A DNA stretch of 38,690 nt, from the UHGV virus genome UHGV-0117250, one strand, 5' to 3'. Source of the stretch: a virus. Under the pieces are notes generated by a model that was not told the origin of the DNA, made no database searches, and was given only the letters and a program-made list of their open reading frames with translations. Within the stretch, counting starts at the first letter, position 1. The number at the start of each line of letters is the position of its first letter. Positions 36,197-38,690 of the stretch are shown piece after piece. Made by a program: the position numbers and the translations under genes.

Positions 36197-36675
36197 TCTG
36201 GGCATTCGTAAAAGCATACCGTAATCAGTTGATTATCATGGCGGTGCTTGCTGTTCTGGTCATATCAGGAGTTGTTGCCTGGAATGTGCACGGCAGTCGT
36301 CAGTACGACGCTGGGTATGCACAGGCGAAAGAAGACCGCAAAACCGAAGATGAGAGAGTTCGTCAGCACTACGAACAGGAGAAATCGATCAATGAACGTG
36401 AAGCGCAGCAGAGGATCGACCAGGCGCACAATGATGCTCTTGATGCTGCCGCTCGCGCTGGCCGGTTGCAGCAACAGCTCGTTGCCATCCGTGAGCAGCT
36501 CAGGCACTATAACGCCATTGTCGGCGCTGGGTCGTCAGCCGCAGACACCGGAGTTTTGCTTGCCGACGTGTTCAGCAAATCTCTCGAGAGAAATAGACAA
36601 CTGGCAGAGTATGCTGACCGGGCATCCGAAGCCGGAAGAGTCTGCGAAAAACAGTATGACACCCTGACCAGATAG
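36193..36675 (+). CDS. i-spanin (Rz-like)
   Basis: 160 aa; N-terminal TM segment ([18 protein letters not shown]) then a periplasmic coiled coil; ATGA overlap with the endolysin stop. Confidence 0.7.
   Translation: MIWAFVKAYRNQLIIMAVLAVLVISGVVAWNVHGSRQYDAGYAQAKEDRKTEDERVRQHYEQEKSINEREAQQRIDQAHNDALDAAARAGRLQQQLVAIREQLRHYNAIVGAGSSAADTGVLLADVFSKSLERNRQLAEYADRASEAGRVCEKQYDTLTR
36431..36667 (+). CDS. o-spanin (Rz1-like lipoprotein) embedded in Rz in the +1 frame
   Basis: ATG 36431 inside ORF 36248..36667; signal peptide with lipobox LALAGC; Pro/Ser-rich mature part; entirely within the Rz gene. Confidence 0.65.
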   Translation: MMLLMLPLALAGCSNSSLPSVSSSGTITPLSALGRQPQTPEFCLPTCSANLSREIDNWQSMLTGHPKPEESAKNSMTP

Positions 36676-36826
36676 CATGGCATTTTTCATGGTACTGATT
36701 TCCTGTGACGGTATATAAAACGGTACGAGGAAAATTTAGCTTTAGAAAAGTGTTATCACTCAATTGGTTATGGCGTCCGTAAATAATTGAGTGGGAATGA
36801 TTTTAATCCCTGCACTATGAATGAAC

Positions 36827-36858
36827 AAAACCCTCTGTTACTACAGAGGGTTTTTTAT
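36827..36858. terminator. intrinsic terminator at prophage/host boundary
   Basis: CCCTCTG-TTACTA-CAGAGGG hairpin flanked by an A-run upstream and a T-run downstream; 3-prime of the minus-strand gene ending at 36895. Confidence 0.6.
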
Positions 36859-36894
36859 CTTCAAGAATCATAGGCTTGAAGTTACTAACATCGA

Positions 36895-37434
36895 TTAATT
36901 AAACCAGCTGTCCGATTTGTTCTCTTCTGCTTTGCCCACGCTTTTCATCAGATCGCGACCGCCTTCAGTCATATTTCTGTTGGCGTCAGCTTCAGATTGC
37001 ACCACATCGGTTTGCGCAGCTTTGTGCTTCAGTTCCTGATCGATAAATTCGTTTTCTCGCTTAACGCGGGCTTCTTCTTTCGCCAGCGCCAGTTTTTGTT
37101 TCTGAATCTCTAAGCTGCGTAGCTCATCTTCATAACTTTGATCGCGTTTTTTGTCCGCAGAGGCTTCGGCGTCCAGTTTATCCTGACGAGCTTTCTTATT
37201 TGCTGCTGCCGTTGCCGCTCTTTTGTTAGCGGCGGCCTGGGCATTTGCGCGACGTTGCTTCTCTTGCTGGATTTCCCTGTTGCGCTCCGCGACCCATTCG
37301 TCATGCTGCCTTTGCTCTTCATTTTTACCTTGCTGTTCAGCTTCTGCTACAGCAGAGAGTTGATCCTGCAATGATGAGGCGATAGCCGGATAGCTTAAGG
37401 AGGCCAAGATGGCGCAAAGAAAAACTTTCTTCAT
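36895..37434 (-). CDS. yfgI: periplasmic coiled-coil protein, host gene (YfgI-like)
   Basis: 179 aa with a signal peptide (MKKVFLCAILASLSYPAIA); size, order and orientation match the E. coli yfgG-yfgH-yfgI cluster next to guaA (from memory). Confidence 0.45.
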   Translation of the reverse strand: MKKVFLCAILASLSYPAIASSLQDQLSAVAEAEQQGKNEEQRQHDEWVAERNREIQQEKQRRANAQAAANKRAATAAANKKARQDKLDAEASADKKRDQSYEDELRSLEIQKQKLALAKEEARVKRENEFIDQELKHKAAQTDVVQSEADANRNMTEGGRDLMKSVGKAEENKSDSWFN

Positions 37435-37449
37435 GACTCCTCCTGATTA

Positions 37450-37968
37450 TTAGCTCTTTTCAGGACATTTAGTATTTGGCTGAATACGCGTTTCGTTATA
37501 CGTTGTGGTAATAACAACGGCTAAACCTGTCGTAAACTGGCACTCTTTACCCACCTGGGTAGAGGTATACACTTTGGTGCCTTCCTTATATGTTAAAGAA
37601 ACACCTTCCACTAAGGTTTTATCATTCACCATAGAACCCGCTGCCGCGCCTACAGCTCCGCCGCCAACTGCCCCTGCCGTCGTTCCGGAATTGCTGCCAG
37701 AACCGACGTTGTGGCCGATAACACCGCCAGCGACTGCGCCAATAAGCGCGCCGAAGGCTTGTGCGTTCCGTTTATTTTGGGAGTTGTCTACGGCAACTTT
37801 TGCGGGAAGAATGGAAATAATATTAACGGTTTTAGTTTCTTGTTTGGTATTCAGTTGATCGGTTTGATAAACATCGGCGGCATGATCGTCAGCATTTGAC
37901 TGGCATCCTGCCAGAGTGAATGACGCTAACATTGCCACAGGCAGAAGACATTTTTTAAATTTCATCAC
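37450..37968 (-). CDS. yfgH: glycine-zipper lipoprotein, host gene (YfgH-like)
   Basis: 172 aa; lipobox LAGC; glycine-zipper segment GALIGAVAGGVIGHNVGSG (OsmB/YcfJ-like); ATG at 37965 (track start 37968 is GTG). Confidence 0.45.
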   Translation of the reverse strand: MMKFKKCLLPVAMLASFTLAGCQSNADDHAADVYQTDQLNTKQETKTVNIISILPAKVAVDNSQNKRNAQAFGALIGAVAGGVIGHNVGSGSNSGTTAGAVGGGAVGAAAGSMVNDKTLVEGVSLTYKEGTKVYTSTQVGKECQFTTGLAVVITTTYNETRIQPNTKCPEKS

Positions 37969-38278
37969 TATTCCTTGTTATACACATTACGAAAAATAAG
38001 ACATTTAAGATCATCAAAAGAGGAAAGTAAATGTATTGCGTATAAAGGGATAGATTAAATTTATTAAAATTCACGCAGGGAATAATTTATAAAAATATAT
38101 CATTACAACATATATATTAATTTTATATTTATTTCGCAGCCAAACAGGATAAACATCAGTCAGGACAAAGACGTAAAATTTAAGATGAAAGAATATCTGC
38201 CGCTTTGATAATTCCAAAGAGCAAAAGCATCCGACAGCGAAGTGCCGTTAGGTTCTGTGAAAGTGGAGAAGGTAACCG

Positions 38279-38470
38279 CTAACGTTGTACCGGTGATTCG
38301 ACGGAGAGTGTGGATTGCTGAGCTTCTTTTTTGCTCTGATGGTGCTGCCAGGCACCGACGGACGAGTAGATAAAACGGCCAAAGAAGAAGATAAAGCTGA
38401 TGAGCAGTACGATACGGGTCATGCGACTGTTAAATCGGTGTCGTTTTCGCATACTGGTTGCCTGACTCAC
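38279..38470 (-). CDS. yfgG: small membrane protein, host gene (YfgG-like)
   Basis: 63 aa from GTG 38470 with AAGGA SD (57 aa from ATG 38452); one TM segment (IVLLISFIFFFGRFIY); size and position fit yfgG. Confidence 0.35.
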   Translation of the reverse strand: MSQATSMRKRHRFNSRMTRIVLLISFIFFFGRFIYSSVGAWQHHQSKKEAQQSTLSVESPVQR

Positions 38471-38690
38471 AAAAGGTTCCTTGAAGTATGTCCCACGCTG
38501 TGGACGGTACTTACATTAAGGCACAACAGGACAAAATGGTCAATTCTTCGTTATGTAAAAAAGCGTCAGTGGATACATATTTTAATGTTATGGAAGTTAA
38601 TTTAATTATTTACAATGATGATGTAATAATGATGAATTAACATGATAAACGTAATAATTCATTAATCAGGGTTATTTTGTTTGATATATA

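Noticed and set aside
1-38690. Scan for CRISPR arrays, IS elements/transposases and an integrase
   Set aside because: No regularly spaced direct repeats with unique spacers and no transposase-like or integrase-like ORF were seen; the integrase and left attachment site are presumably left of position 1.

Overview
The window is most of a temperate prophage (about 50..36700) in an E. coli-like chromosome, followed by three host genes that look like yfgI-yfgH-yfgG. From left to right: a leftward early operon (Dam-like MTase, AlpA/Xis-like, RecT-like annealase, PD-(D/E)XK exonuclease); an immunity switch with a non-autocleavable double-HTH repressor divergent from a cro-like gene; lambda O/P-like replication genes with an iteron origin inside the O-like gene; an accessory block (second MTase, ead/Ea22-like, DUF550, Lar, ASCH); terminase small and large subunits; a T7/epsilon15-like podovirus virion module; tailspike plus O-antigen acetyltransferase; and a lysis cassette with Rz1 embedded in Rz. 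Top leads: (1) an AT-rich reverse-strand cassette between terminase and portal carrying tRNA-Arg(UCU) and a membrane/coiled-coil protein that is a candidate exclusion or abortive-infection gene; (2) a 17-bp dyad motif TTACC-N5-GGTAA found 13 times in intergenic regions at operon boundaries; (3) a LexA-box-controlled small gene that is a candidate SOS-triggered antirepressor. All calls come from reading the sequence and recalling protein families; no database search was run, and the phage-family and yfg assignments are from memory.
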